The position numbers and the translations under genes were made by a program. 64,000 nt of DNA, taken from NCBI GenBank assembly GCA_044892525.1, contig CM097885.1, positions 234,796,001 to 234,860,000 on the forward strand, in the 5' to 3' direction. The notes under the pieces are model-generated. The model searched no databases and was not told the DNA's origin. It saw only the letters and a program-made list of their open reading frames with translations. The DNA is from Schmidtea polychroa. Taxonomy: Eukaryota. The first letter of the stretch is position 1. The number at the start of each line of letters is the position of its first letter. This document shows positions 27,150-40,169 of this stretch, one piece after another.

Positions 27150-28250
27150 TACTGTAAACTTTGTTGAAACACGGTAAACATAAATGTGCTTTAGCGGTAA
27201 AACCATTACAAAATGTTACAACTTTTATGGTAAAATCTTCTAATTGTGAACCAAACATTTTAAAGGTATTTTGTTAACAAATTCTACCACGCCTTCTTAC
27301 TAAATTGAACTTGCCCTCCTTTTTTAAATTTAATGACAATTACTCCTTGGTATTATGGGTAGAGGATTATTTTTATTGCAGGAAATCAGGAACATAGTTA
27401 ATTTTTTTTCTAATTTCGAGACTTGGTATATTATTATGTGCAAGAATATTGTTTATAATTAATATATAAAGTTCAAATACTTATTTTTTACCACGTGGTT
27501 GATTTATGTCATGATGCAGTACAACGTCATTTGATTGAAGACACTTCATAAAGTTATCATTCATTGTAATTTGTAACAATTTTTGGTGTTTTTACGGTCA
27601 TTTCCTTTTCTGTGCAACGCAGTTTCGTCAGAGTGCTTTGTTGATAATGAAAGAAAATCACGCATGTCCTTTCCATTTTAATAAGTTTAATCCAATTTTA
27701 CTTTCTTTGGTAGTGTATTCATTCGATTTAATTTTTTTCCAACCAAATATTTTGAAATACTGTGGCGATTTTTCCAATTAGATGAGTATTTTTCAGCAAT
27801 TAATGTTTTGACTAATTTGATACTTGAGTTCCAATTATATATTTTGTTACATTATTATTGTCGTTTCTTCTGTATCTGTTATTTTCCGGAAATTTGCAAA
27901 CATATCCTAGAGCCGCACATAATTTAAATATTTTTATGGCGTACTTGCGTCCTTTAATTCGTTTGTTTGTCAATTTCCATTCCACCAAACACGATTATTA
28001 TTCTAATAATACTTTTTTGCATATTCATTTCTTCAACTATAAGTTCGAGGATTTTACCACTTAGTAGTATATTTTCACCATTATGATTTAATAATTTCAA
28101 ACGTAGTGTACCAACGACAGGTGTATGTCGTGGTTGGTTCATATCATTCAGTAGGTGAAGTAGTTGTATTGTTATTGTTAACACTGCATTCATCTTAGTC
28201 TTCACTACTCAAAGAGAATAAATAGATATTATTTCTCTTCACGTGTCTGT
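27150..28250 (-). mobile_element. Decayed piggyBac transposase
   Basis: GRKYAIKIFKLCAALGY, KDMRDFLSLSTKH and C-terminal Cys-rich KVVTFCNGF...HLCLPCFNKV on minus strand; many stops; ends approximate. Confidence 0.75.
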
Positions 28251-30039
28251 TTAAAAATCTGCAGAAAAAGTTAGTCGTGTAATCTTACAACGTTTCATTT
28301 TAATTTCTAGGAGTGTCATTGCTTAAAAGATTTCCATTGTGTAATGCTATACCTGATTATAAGGAGTAAAAATTATGAAAAATATGCAAATTTATAACAC
28401 TCAGTTGAGTATAAATATACAGTATATTTTCCGTTTAATTTTTATTTTATAAACACTGAAAAATTAGTTTGCAGGTAATCAACATTTCACACTTTAGTGC
28501 TGCTTCTAGCGCAATCCATAATACAATATACTCGTGAAAAATGAGCACACCTCAATGCACTATAATTGAACGGGTCCAGGTTTTCACCTTGACTAAAATG
28601 GTTTCATCGATTGTGCTCTACTGAATCGCTCTCGTTTGCATGTAAATAGTTGTTGGGACATACATTACCACTAATGGGTGCCATTTGTTTGCTCGATGCC
28701 ATTCACTAAAATTTGGATTTTATCCTATTCTTCGAGTCTTACTGATGTGTCCATTATCGGAAGTTTGAATGAGAATGTTACTTGCTTTGAAATCGACCAT
28801 CGTCATTGGAATTAGGTATGACTTCTCCTTGAGAACGTGATATTTAACTGGCGTCTATTTTGACCCATTGAATTATGCAGATATCTGATTAATGAAACAA
28901 AATTTGACGATTCGTATATTTATTTATCTTACATTTTATGTTATTAATTTTACTATTCACCAAAAATTATTACTAATCTGAAAGTTCGATTCATTGATTT
29001 CACCTTTTATTTAATTAATTCTTTACAATTCACCAAAAATCATTACTGATACGTAGTTAAGTCAGTTAGTTTTATTTACTCGCCTCACTTTGCTATTGAA
29101 CTTCAGTGACACGAGCCCTTAGTGTTTTGTATCAAGATCAAAGATTTCACGACGAAACTAAAAGTTTGGTGCTGTGATATGCAGTAAATTGATTAAAATA
29201 GCAATTCACAAATTAGTAAGAATTTAGAAAAATATTGGTGAAAGTTTTTGTGAAATTTAAGTTTAATATTAGAAATTTTTCATTTTGAAAAAAGAAACAA
29301 ATTTATAGTGTATATTTTGATAAAAAATTTGTTTAAATATGTAGATAAAAAGAAAAGGCAGAAATTCAAATTTTGGTTTAATAAATATTATATAATGACT
29401 TTTAATTTATCAAATTACTTTGTTCCGGCTAACAGGCGCGATCCCTAAATCTTATCATATCTAATTTATTCCTGCAAGTTAGGCTCCGTAGTTTCTCGAA
29501 TTACTTATTGCAATGAGTGATAGTGTAGCACGAGGACACACCGATATTAAACTTATCCTTTAAACTTATCAACAAAGTTTTCATCCACAATGGCACGGGA
29601 GTTTACAGAATTAACTGCATACGACTAGTAAAATACCCCTGATATCCCGATGATCCAATTGTATTTATTGATTTTAGTTCTTGCATGTGGTGATGTGTTG
29701 GCTATGGACTAAAATGTCTAATACATATAGATTTAAATAGATTGTGAAAATTATTTCGAATAACATTTAAAAACATGAAAACAAAATATTAACATGTAAG
29801 GAAAGCTTTAATAAATTACTCATAAAATTATAAAATGTTATCGATAAAAATAACAATACTCATTGCAAAGATTCTTGAATAAATGTTAAGGTTTTAGCAA
29901 AAATATCATATATTTGTGACCAAAATATATCGTATATATACCTTAATTTATGTGTATGCGTTAATGCATTAAAGCAAATCCAATTTCTTTCAATTCAATT
30001 TCATTTTCAATTCAACTTTATTTCTTGTTCTCTACATAT

Positions 30040-30720
30040 ATTCACACATATTAACCAAGCATATGCCTGCGAATGTCATTGAGGTGTTTATTACACTCTT
30101 AATCTGCTTTCCAAGACCTCTATCCCTTGTTTGTTTAAACCAGTGTTGGATTCCACAAAGTTCAAAAAGTGATTAACTGTAAGTTGATTAAGACCTCGAA
30201 GTTTTGCTATGGCATTTATCGGAAATAACTGGAAGTTAATATGTCCTGATCATTGGTAGTATTGTTATAGCTGATCTATCTGGAACGGTGAACATGCAAA
30301 AATCATCAGACTGACGCTAAAGGCCACAGAGTACCAATTGAGTTTGTAGAACTCGATCAACTTAATTTTTTCGTCATGTGAGGAGGCTGTCATCTATTTC
30401 AACGGTTGTATTCTATCCACTCAGAACTGCATTAATTAGCAGCGAATTTGTCCAAACTTAACGAAGATATTTGTTCTAATAAATAACAGTTGATTCTGAT
30501 ATTTCATATTCTGATTCACAGAATGATATGCTAGTCAACTCATTTGACCAGGGGTATATGAAAAGCACCACTTGTCTGTATATTACTTAACGATAATCCA
30601 TGAGATGATTATTCACACAAAGTTGTCCAATGTATATAATACAGTGTTTTTGTAAAAAATTTTTACAGTGGTCTCCGTATCGTCGACCAGAGCTGATAAC
30701 TGGAGAAAATTCATTAGGTT
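30040..30720 (-). mobile_element. Decayed Merlin (IS1016/ISXO2-like) transposase
   Basis: MNFLQLSA start; LSG*NTTVEIDDSLLT*RKN*VDRVL.TQLVLCGL*RQSDDFCMFTVPDRSAITILPMI; downstream NH.LNFV..NTG...Q.IE. Confidence 0.8.
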
Positions 30721-31047
30721 AAAGTTAAAAGGTTCTTTTTATCTCTAATCAACATATTGACGTGTAATTTATAAAATAAAATACTTAATTTCCGTGAGTT
30801 ACCAAAGAAGTGCCAATCTTTCAAATGACAATATCTAAACTTTTCAATTCCTGTCATGTTATATATCATCCCAAGCTCCTAAAGTCAAGGTAATCATAAG
30901 CATCGAACACCACTAAAATATGGCTATTCGCTTTTATTAATTCTGAATACAATATTTCAAAATCCTATAATATTCCATTTGTTAGTGGTATAAACTTTCA
31001 ATTTTATATTATAAATATATAATTAATGTATTAAAAAGCTTGAAGAT

Positions 31048-31170
31048 TATGAATCAATAAATATATCGATGTCTTTGATATATTTACTGATTCATAGTCA
31101 AGATTTTTAATAAATATAATGGAAAAGAAATCAGTGGTGAAATTTGAAAAAAAAACTTCTTATAATAATA
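31048..31170. mobile_element. Penelope-derived mini fold-back remnant
   Basis: 20-bp arms TATGAATCAATAAATATATC / GATATATTTACTGATTCATA followed by the tail GGAAAA..AATCAGTGGTGAAATT.GAAAAAA..TTCTTATAA, also seen at 8000-8065. Confidence 0.7.
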
Positions 31171-31761
31171 TAATTAATGATTTAGATATTTAGACAACAA
31201 ATTAAAAGATTATTTACAGACATTTCCATTAGAATGAGACGAGAGGAAATTTAGTAAATTTGTTGACAAATCAATAACATTAATTATCCACATATTAGAA
31301 AAACTAAAAGTACAAAGTCTAAAAATATTCTTAATCAATATTTACCAATGGCAGATCAACAAAAACAATTGAAAACTGAAACCAATCATAATGAATAAGT
31401 TTCATTTTAAGGCCATTTTGTTTTGGAATTATGATTTATAATAAATAGATAAATTTTTTGATTTTTTCTGATAAAATTTTATTATATATTGACTATCAAA
31501 GTACATCATTTTCTATGTAACCATCTATGATTAACGCTATTTAAAGGTTTAAAATGAATTATTAGTTATTAATTATTTTTTTATATAAAAGTTTCAAAAT
31601 GTTTTATATAAAAATCTTGTATAGAAAACAGCTCTATAAAAGAGAATTGTGTTTTGATTTTTACGTTGGTGAGACATGAAAATAACTATCTAAAGTTGAA
31701 ATTTAAAAATGAAAAAGGCCGTCATTTTAACAGGCTATAGCTAGCAATATATTATTTAGAC

Positions 31762-31910
31762 CAGTGGTTCTGAACCTTTTGTGTTTTTTTTTACGACGTC
31801 GCGACCCAAATATTTTTAAGGAAAATATAAAATACCAGAAGGATTGGAAACAATTTTCACAAATATATAAATTTTTATAAATATGGCGACCCCGAAGTTG
31901 AGAACCACTG
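31762..31910. mobile_element. hAT (Buster-type) MITE
   Basis: TIR CAGTGGTTCTGAAC / GTTGAGAACCACTG; perfect TSD ATTTAGAC (31754-31761, 31911-31918). Confidence 0.92.
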
Positions 31911-32040
31911 ATTTAGACAAAAGTAAAATTAATTAATTAATTAACATTGAATTAAAATACATCATTATTATCAATTATAAACATGCAAGAAAATTTTAAT
32001 TCAATACCAAAAAATGATAATTAAAAATATTAGTTATAAT

Positions 32041-33012
32041 TAGGGCAACCCCAAAGTTGCCAAACTCCTCATTATTTTCTAGACTGCTTATATGGCGACA
32101 CATGAAAATAAACAGTAAATTATTTGATAATATTTTCCCCGCTAAACTTTCTGTCATATGGTAAAAATTTTTTTAACATGCTAAAACTTCTTTCAACTGT
32201 AACTAAAGTAGGTGAACAATCCAGTAGAAAAGAATAATCCGACGGAGATACAAAATCATTCTGTAGAAATATGATGACTTTGATGTGATTTTTATCCAAA
32301 CAAGTTTGAATATATGGAATCAGCTCTAATTTTATTAATTTCATCTTATCCTGATTTTATTGTCAATTCTGAATTTTCGAACAAAACTAAAATATCGATT
32401 AAAAATGAATATATGAGATCTTTATTGTACCAAGGTCTTGTTTTATTGAAGCATTTTTTAAAGCCTTATATGCTCTTTCGTAAAAAATTCCTTCTAATTT
32501 TATATTATTAAATATTTTTATTATTTCTGGAAGATTATCTGATTAATATAATGCTGCTATTAACCAGCTCTACCACTTAGTTATTATGACGGAAGGAGGT
32601 TTATGAGTATCAACAAACAGAGATTGTATATACTTATTTTTATGTGTAAACAACTTGAATGATACAATCAAAGCACTCACATTTTTAAAATAACTTCTGA
32701 TTTTCATGGCTCAATTGTGAATCAAATGTGCCAAACACTGTACATGAAAAATGTGTTTATTAGCCTTCTTAATGCCACCGGCAGCTTTATTTCAATACAA
32801 GGCCCTATCAAAAATAATAATGATCAAAGATTTAAGGTCCACATTAATTCTTTTTAAAGCTTCTTTTAATTTGTTTTGTAAATTAAAGTTAAAACCAGTG
32901 AAATAAAATAAAACAAAACAAGAAAACGATCACAAATTTAATATGCTGCAAAATAGTTGCATTTTTGCATAAATGTTGCAAAAGTTGTAAAAAGTTGCGT
33001 TGGGTTGCCTTA
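32041..33012 (-). mobile_element. Small hAT-like element with decayed transposase
   Basis: TIR TAGGGCAACCC / GGGTTGCCTTA; TLVTVERSFSMLKKFL..DRKF..ENI C-terminus; upstream HV..LAHLIHN-like motif; TSD not clear. Confidence 0.7.
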
Positions 33013-34567
33013 ATTGATAAAATCGATGGACTTATTTTATTTTTATAATTTAATTTAATCGTTTTTTAATGAATCAATTATTTACATTTTACACATTCAG
33101 TTCAGCATGATCTTTCAATTCATTTCAGATTCCTTGAAACTGTCTATTTTTCACTCTTGTGGATAAACACATAAATCACAGATATCATTGGTTAATTAAA
33201 TTTTATTATAACAAATATTAATATAAAAATTACTGTATTTATTCTTAGGTATATGGTTTTGATGAAAAATTGGAATAGCAATAGATTTAAAAATCTGGAG
33301 AAATGCAATCAAGAAACTATAATTATTAATTGAAGAGCTTTACTAGACATATTGGGAAACTATTAATAACACAAATGAATCATATTGTTCAATCAATCGC
33401 AAATATGATGTGGAAACAAGAGCCAAATATAAATATCAATTTTTTATTATATCTAACTATAATTCTTTAGATGCATAAACAAAACAAGAACAGCAATTTA
33501 TACCTGGAAAATCTGGAATAAAAAGAAATGTAAAACGTCTTTTATTATCTTGATCAAAATTTTGATTTGAAAAGTCACGCTTTATATCAGTATAACAAAA
33601 CAGTATATCAATCTCTTTACCAAATGGAGAACATGAAATGCTCCACGTTAGCCACATAACTTCTGGTATAAATTGGATCCATTTAAAATTAATATTTCGA
33701 ATACAACGTCTTATTATTTAATCACAATAGTAATTAAACAAATCACATCATAATTTGTTTGACGAGTTTCTATAAAAATGATTAATGCAGAAGTAAAGAT
33801 TTCAACATACAGACAACTCACACTCCCCACATAGAAACAATATTTACATAAAAATCCTTTTACTATAATTAAAATAGGTTTATTATAATTTACTTATTTA
33901 ATGCTTCCATAATAATATCTAAATATACCAAACTGTGTAAAATAAATAAAGTTAATTATTATTGTAAAGTTTACTCATTCTACCAAAGTGTATGTGATGT
34001 CTTGTTTTGCATAATGTTGTTTTTATTTTATTTACTTTTTTAAAGGTTAATGTCCATCTCAATCCGATTATAATCAAAACGGGAATTACTATAGGACATG
34101 GCTCAAATATTTATTGATTAATTAAATTATTTTTGCTATAATAATTTACTAAATTATAAATAAAATTTTATTCACTATTTCCATTTATAATAAATTCATT
34201 ACTAAACAAACCATAATAATCAACATTATCGCTGTTAAAAAATCAACAAGTCAAGAAATCTGAATTTTTAACATTAACGTAATTTCATCAAAACATTCAA
34301 TGCATTATTTTTTTGAAATTAAAAAAAAACTTGTTTAAAATTTCATCGTTAACTTTTAAATTAATTTTATGTTTAATTCTAGACATTACATATCATACAT
34401 ACATTTAAAAAATAGCAAAAAGTCAATCCAATTATCCATACTCAAATGTATTTACATGTGACTTTTTGAGTTCTACAATCTTTCAAAACATATTTATCAT
34501 TTAATTTCAACAATGAGTTCCAAATCAAACTCTTCCATAGATAACTCATAACTTATGGCAATTAATT

Positions 34568-34711
<144 letters not shown>

Positions 34712-35824
34712 CACCATCATAATCACCATTATCGAGGTGGAAGTAATTATCTTATATCCATTTGTATGAGATAAAATTATTATTTTATCATGCATCAAAC
34801 AATTATTAGTTGTCAACTCTGATCCATGTGACTAATTTATAAGCAGTTAAAATTTTAGAAATAATTGTCTAATAATGGAAAAGTCAATATGACCAGATGG
34901 GCAATATTAATCTTTTAATAATGGAATTTGATGCAAATATACTATCACTCACACACAATGTAATGATTATGATTTAATGATTTAATTAAATAATCTCAAT
35001 AAATTCGTTGCGGATTGAATGTTAATTGTAGTAATTAGGGATTTAATCACCAATGTCTTACATAAAATTCTTTCTTTTTTTTATTTGTTGTTGTATTGTT
35101 ATAAAAACATTTAATAAAATTAAGTGACAAAATACCTGAACAATTTTTTAATTTTCTACCCGTTTTCCTCTAACTCCCATTATTTACATGATGAGATGAC
35201 CTCGTTAAGCTGTTTCATATAACGCTCAACTTTGATGGAATGTATACCCAGCGTTAAGTGGGGTCTTACTGTATATACACGTATGAATTGTAATAATCGA
35301 AAAAATAATCTATGAATGTCAAAGAGAAAAATTTACACAAAAATTCTTTGCAAAATCAAAATATCATAATTTATTCATTAGTCGCATTCAATTCAGGATT
35401 ATGATACAAAATTTCATGCTATTCCGAAACTGAATAATAATAACCCAATATTTTAATTGCAACGTTCAATATGGCGGTTCTGACGTAAATAATCTATTAC
35501 TATTTCACTTAAAGTTCACTCTGGCTACATTTCAATAATTTATTAATATCAAACAGAACTGACTTGGGTGACATATACTGATATATGGAATTGTTTAAAG
35601 AGACACACACATTTCATATTTTTTAGTTAAAAATTAAATGAAATTTATTATATTTTATTTTTATGAAACAACCGTCTTTTATATGGGACTGTAAAATAAA
35701 ATAAAATAATTTTAAATTTCCATTAACCTAATTTCAGATCAGATCTTATTTATTTCGACAGAGCCTTTTTAAGCGATTCTTGATAAATTTTAATTTATTT
35801 ACTTAAATAAAAACAAAAAAAATT

Positions 35825-36020
35825 AATATAAGAACTTCTTTCGATTTTCACCTTTGATTTCTTTTCAATTGAAATTGCATTTATTACAAAATTTACTATG
35901 AATCAATAAAGATATCGATGCTTTTCACAAATTTTCGGCGCAGGTTTTTTCAAGTAATTTTGATTATAAAAAACATCGATATCTTTACTGATTCATAGTC
36001 AATTTTTTAATAAATACAAA
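35825..36020. mobile_element. Penelope-derived fold-back remnant with degenerate hammerhead-like motif
   Basis: 26-bp arms 35895-35920 / 35974-35999 (1 mismatch); loop holds minus-strand TTAC-TTGAAAAAA-CCTGCGCC-GAAAATTT-GTGA; pLTR tail reversed at 35825-35894. Confidence 0.7.
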
Positions 36021-37105
36021 AAATATATATTAAAAGTTAATTTTACTGGACTATATTTAATTTTAATAAATCAAAATGAAAAAAATGACTGAAACTCTAT
36101 GTTAACTGAATGTTGATAAACGATTTATGTTTTTAATGAAAGAGACAGATATTTGTTAGGAATATTTAAACCTACACTGTAACATCAAATAATGCATCTT
36201 ACAACTTACGGAAATAAGTTTTTATAAACAATTTCTTTTCAAAAAACAAAAGCATCTAGTTAAAGAGCAGTGAAGAAAATCAAAGTGAAAAACACCCGAA
36301 GATGAGAATTTCAGAAGTTCTTATTTTAAAGCTAAAAAGGTGATAAAATTTAGGTGAAAGAGGACAGGTAAATTTATGCTATGAAGGAGGATATTAATTT
36401 TATTGTAACTAACATTTCTCAAGAAAGAGAGCGGTAGATATATATTGTGAGCTTATACTTAAATTCTGAAATTCTACTTTATTAGGACAATGTTCATTTA
36501 GAAAACAATTTAGTACAAATTTTCAATCTCCCTATTGTGACGAAAGTTTCTAATGGTCCCTGGATATTAGTACCCAGTAAAATGCAACTGTTTAGAGCAT
36601 TAATTCAAATTCCCAACCTGCACGTGAATAATAAAATTTTTAATCTTTAAGCTCAAGATTGATTTTTATTAAGGTTTATTGTTCGTTTAATAGTATCAAA
36701 TTTGAATTTATCACGATATATCAGGTTATATATTTTACCTTCAGAGCTGGGTAGTTCGAGTGAACTGTATTTTGGTTTTAGTAGAATTTACGTGTGATGA
36801 GATTGAGATGATTCGGAAAGACTATAAATGCATCACCGAACAAAAATATAGTCTTAGAATTCATGGTTCAAGTTGGTATTTCAAATTATTATATAATCAA
36901 AAGAATTTTCTAATTTATTTTGTTGCTTTACATTTTACATTTACAAAATAAACTGAAACAGAAAATTTAGTGATTATGATTATTTATTTATATTATTGGT
37001 AGTGTACTATTAAAATAACAAACTCAAATCAAAATTTTTATTAAAAAATTATTGTTTTGCACTGTAAGCAAACACTTAATAATTTTAAAATTTATTAATT
37101 TTTAA

Positions 37106-37193
<88 letters not shown>
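37106..37193. repeat. (AAT)n microsatellite
   Basis: Direct reading. Confidence 0.98.
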
Positions 37194-37196
<3 letters not shown>

Positions 37197-37224
37197 TTAG
37201 CAATAAATTCAGAAATTGTCACCA

Positions 37225-37446
37225 TTAAGAAAAATGCACTCAAACATATTCATGGGTTAACTATGGGTAATAACCTATCACCCAACTTAGCTATCTTCTA
37301 CATAAATTTCATAGAATTTAAGATTACATCTTTCTTTGAAGGATAAATAATCTTCTAGAAATGATTGACGACATCTCCACAATTCCTCTAAATCTTATCT
37401 TTCACACGCTAAGTCCATCCACACCAACATACAATTCACTCTCGAT
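37225..37446 (+). mobile_element. Penelope-like reverse transcriptase fragment
   Basis: KHIHGLTMGNNLSPNLAIFYINFIE...IDDI...SIHTNIQFTL (PLE G.AMGS.LSP.LA, Y.DD, I.FT motifs). Confidence 0.75.
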
Positions 37447-37932
37447 TTAATATTAAATTAAAATTGAAAATGAAAATTATTGAATTAAAAAAAAGATCAA
37501 AGGTGAAACCAAAAGATAAATAATTATCTATTTTTAAATTAAAGAATTATTTTATGCAAAACCTTTAGTGTTTTGAATGCTTTTAAATAGTTGGGATGTT
37601 TAAAAAAACTATTCAATTCCAACCAAAAATAATTTTAATATTAATCAACAGTTTTTTTAAACATCCCAACTATTTAAAAACATTCAAAACACAAATGTTT
37701 CCAGAAATTTGCGCATTAATTACCTGATCCAATGATCTTATCAAAAACACTTCATACATTGCATACTCCCAATAATTAATAAATAAAATCATTAGAATCT
37801 GATACCTAATATACTCATACAACTTTTATTGTTATCACATTTTGGTTTTTAACGAAACTTGCAAGTTTCTGCAAAGGTTTATTATACTATCTAATAATTA
37901 CTTAATATTTGTTTTGCTACAAAAAAACCATG

Positions 37933-38110
<178 letters not shown>

Positions 38111-38785
38111 TTAAAATTATTATTATATATTGTAATAAAACATTTATAAGTCACATGATCATTGTCAACTGATATTAACTCTAATTGAATAGACCAAACT
38201 ACGCAAAACAATTCATATATTATTAGATACAAATGAAAATTGAACCTTTTTAATATTCTAAATAATTTACCAAAATCAAAGGTAAATAATCAAAACGTGC
38301 CATTAATAATGTGTAAAATAAATTATTTTCATTTAAATTACAAAAAAAGTAATTTGAAAATAAATTTGTTAGAAAATGAAAAGAGAAAATGCAATTAAAT
38401 GGATTTGTCAAATAAAAGTGAAGGCTCCGATTTTATATTAATGACATTATTATCTTATTTAACGGGAAAATGATATTTAAACAATATTCGAAATTTTGTG
38501 AAATTTACATAATCAAACATGAAAATAACAAATTATCTACTTTGCTGCACTAAGAATAAAATGCGATTTTAAAATGGTTCAATTTTTGTTGATTTGTTGA
38601 TTTTTCATTCATATTTAAATATTTTGATATCTGGACAGCTTTGCTATATATTTTGTTTATAAAAAATATTTGGAAAATCAACCATTTTAAAAAATATTAG
38701 TCAATTTTATTGACTCAATAGAATATTAATTAAAGTAATGATATTCTTAATAAAATGTTAATTTCCATTATTTTAATAATATATA

Positions 38786-38941
38786 CTCTCCGGTCCAAAA
38801 ACAACTGTCCGATTTGGCCATACCAATTTATCATTATATAATCACATATTATATGTGATATCTAATATAGAATACCTTTTTTAATCGGACAGTTTTTTTT
38901 ATAAATTTTTTTTGTTAAATCAGACAGTTTTTGAAACGGAG
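38786..38941. mobile_element. TA-flanked Tc1/Stowaway-like MITE
   Basis: TA|CTCTCCGGTCCAAAAACAACTGTCCGATTT ... AAATCAGACAGTTTTTGAAACGGAG|TA. Confidence 0.6.
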
Positions 38942-38956
38942 TATTAAATATAATTA

Positions 38957-39168
38957 CCGTATATACTCGCATATAAGCCGACCCCCCACAAATTAAGTTA
39001 ATTAAAATGTCAAAAATAAAAGACCCGCGTGTAAGCCTACCTATTAAAAATTATATTTTAGGTAATATTTAATTATTTTAATTAAAAGTAGGTTTGCGTA
39101 TAAGCCGACCCATCAATTTGGGAAAAAAATAATCCAAAATTATTCGGCCTATAAGCGACTATATATGG
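38957..39168. mobile_element. pogo-type MITE
   Basis: TA|CCGTATATACTCGCATATAAGCCGA ... TCGGCCTATAAGCGACTATATATGG|TA; internal GCGTATAAGCCGACC repeats. Confidence 0.8.
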
Positions 39169-40169
39169 TAATCAACCGTATTTCATTGAATGAAGAATTC
39201 TAACTTTGATATTAATAATAACGTTTTAAATTATTAAGTTTAACTATACTATAGCAACTCATTTGTTTAAATATATCATAATTTTGTATTGAATAAATTT
39301 ACATTCTCTAGTGTGGCAGTTAATATATAATTCTTCTAACAAACAATAAGAACTACCTTATAAAATATAATGTTCAATTAAATTAATTTTAAAAAAGTTT
39401 AAGAATAAAATTCTATCTTACTAAAAGCCTTCATTTTCTTGTTCACATTTGATTGATTCTTGTTTTATTTACATGTTATTTATTTTCGTTACTATAGATC
39501 ACTTTTTTCCTTATGTAACACAAATTTTTGACACTGCATTTTTTATTTTTCAATTGTTATTTAAAATTAGTTTTAATACCACTTGAAAATCTATAATAAT
39601 TTATAAACAACTTAATAAACATTTTGTATATTTATTAATAAAAATCAATATTAATTGAATATAAATAAGTTTATTGATATATCGTGTCATTTTAATTTCA
39701 ATAGTTTTTATTTTTTAATTTTACATTTTATTTTTTATAGTTTTAGTTATTGAATTACTTGTTTTGGCTGCTTTAGTTATTATACCTTTAAAAAATGATC
39801 CTTTATTATTACTAATTATGGAAAGTTAATTAATATAAAAATTATAAAAATTGATAAATTTTTTCCTAATGTAACACAAAATTTCGGCCTTGGGTTTTTC
39901 AAGTTTTAAGACAGTGACAAAAAGTTGTGTTACATAATGAAAAAATCAATCATAAAAAACATGGTTTTTGAAACTCTATATTTCACTCTCTAAATTTCAA
40001 CATATTTTAGATATAATTACGTTATCTCTTTAATCCGAAGTTAATGAATAGATAAGAATTGATATTGAAATACGGAAATAACACTAGATTTGACATTAAT
40101 TAACTTTAACTTTAAAATTAACACACTTTCCGTGATCGGATCGACCAGAAATTTTGATAGCATGCAGCG

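Noticed and set aside
34712..34835. Possible extra minus-strand exon (SHGSELTTNN...)
   Set aside because: Frame runs into poly-Ile; the alternative Asp/Asn-rich frame is preceded by a stop; no homology recognised.
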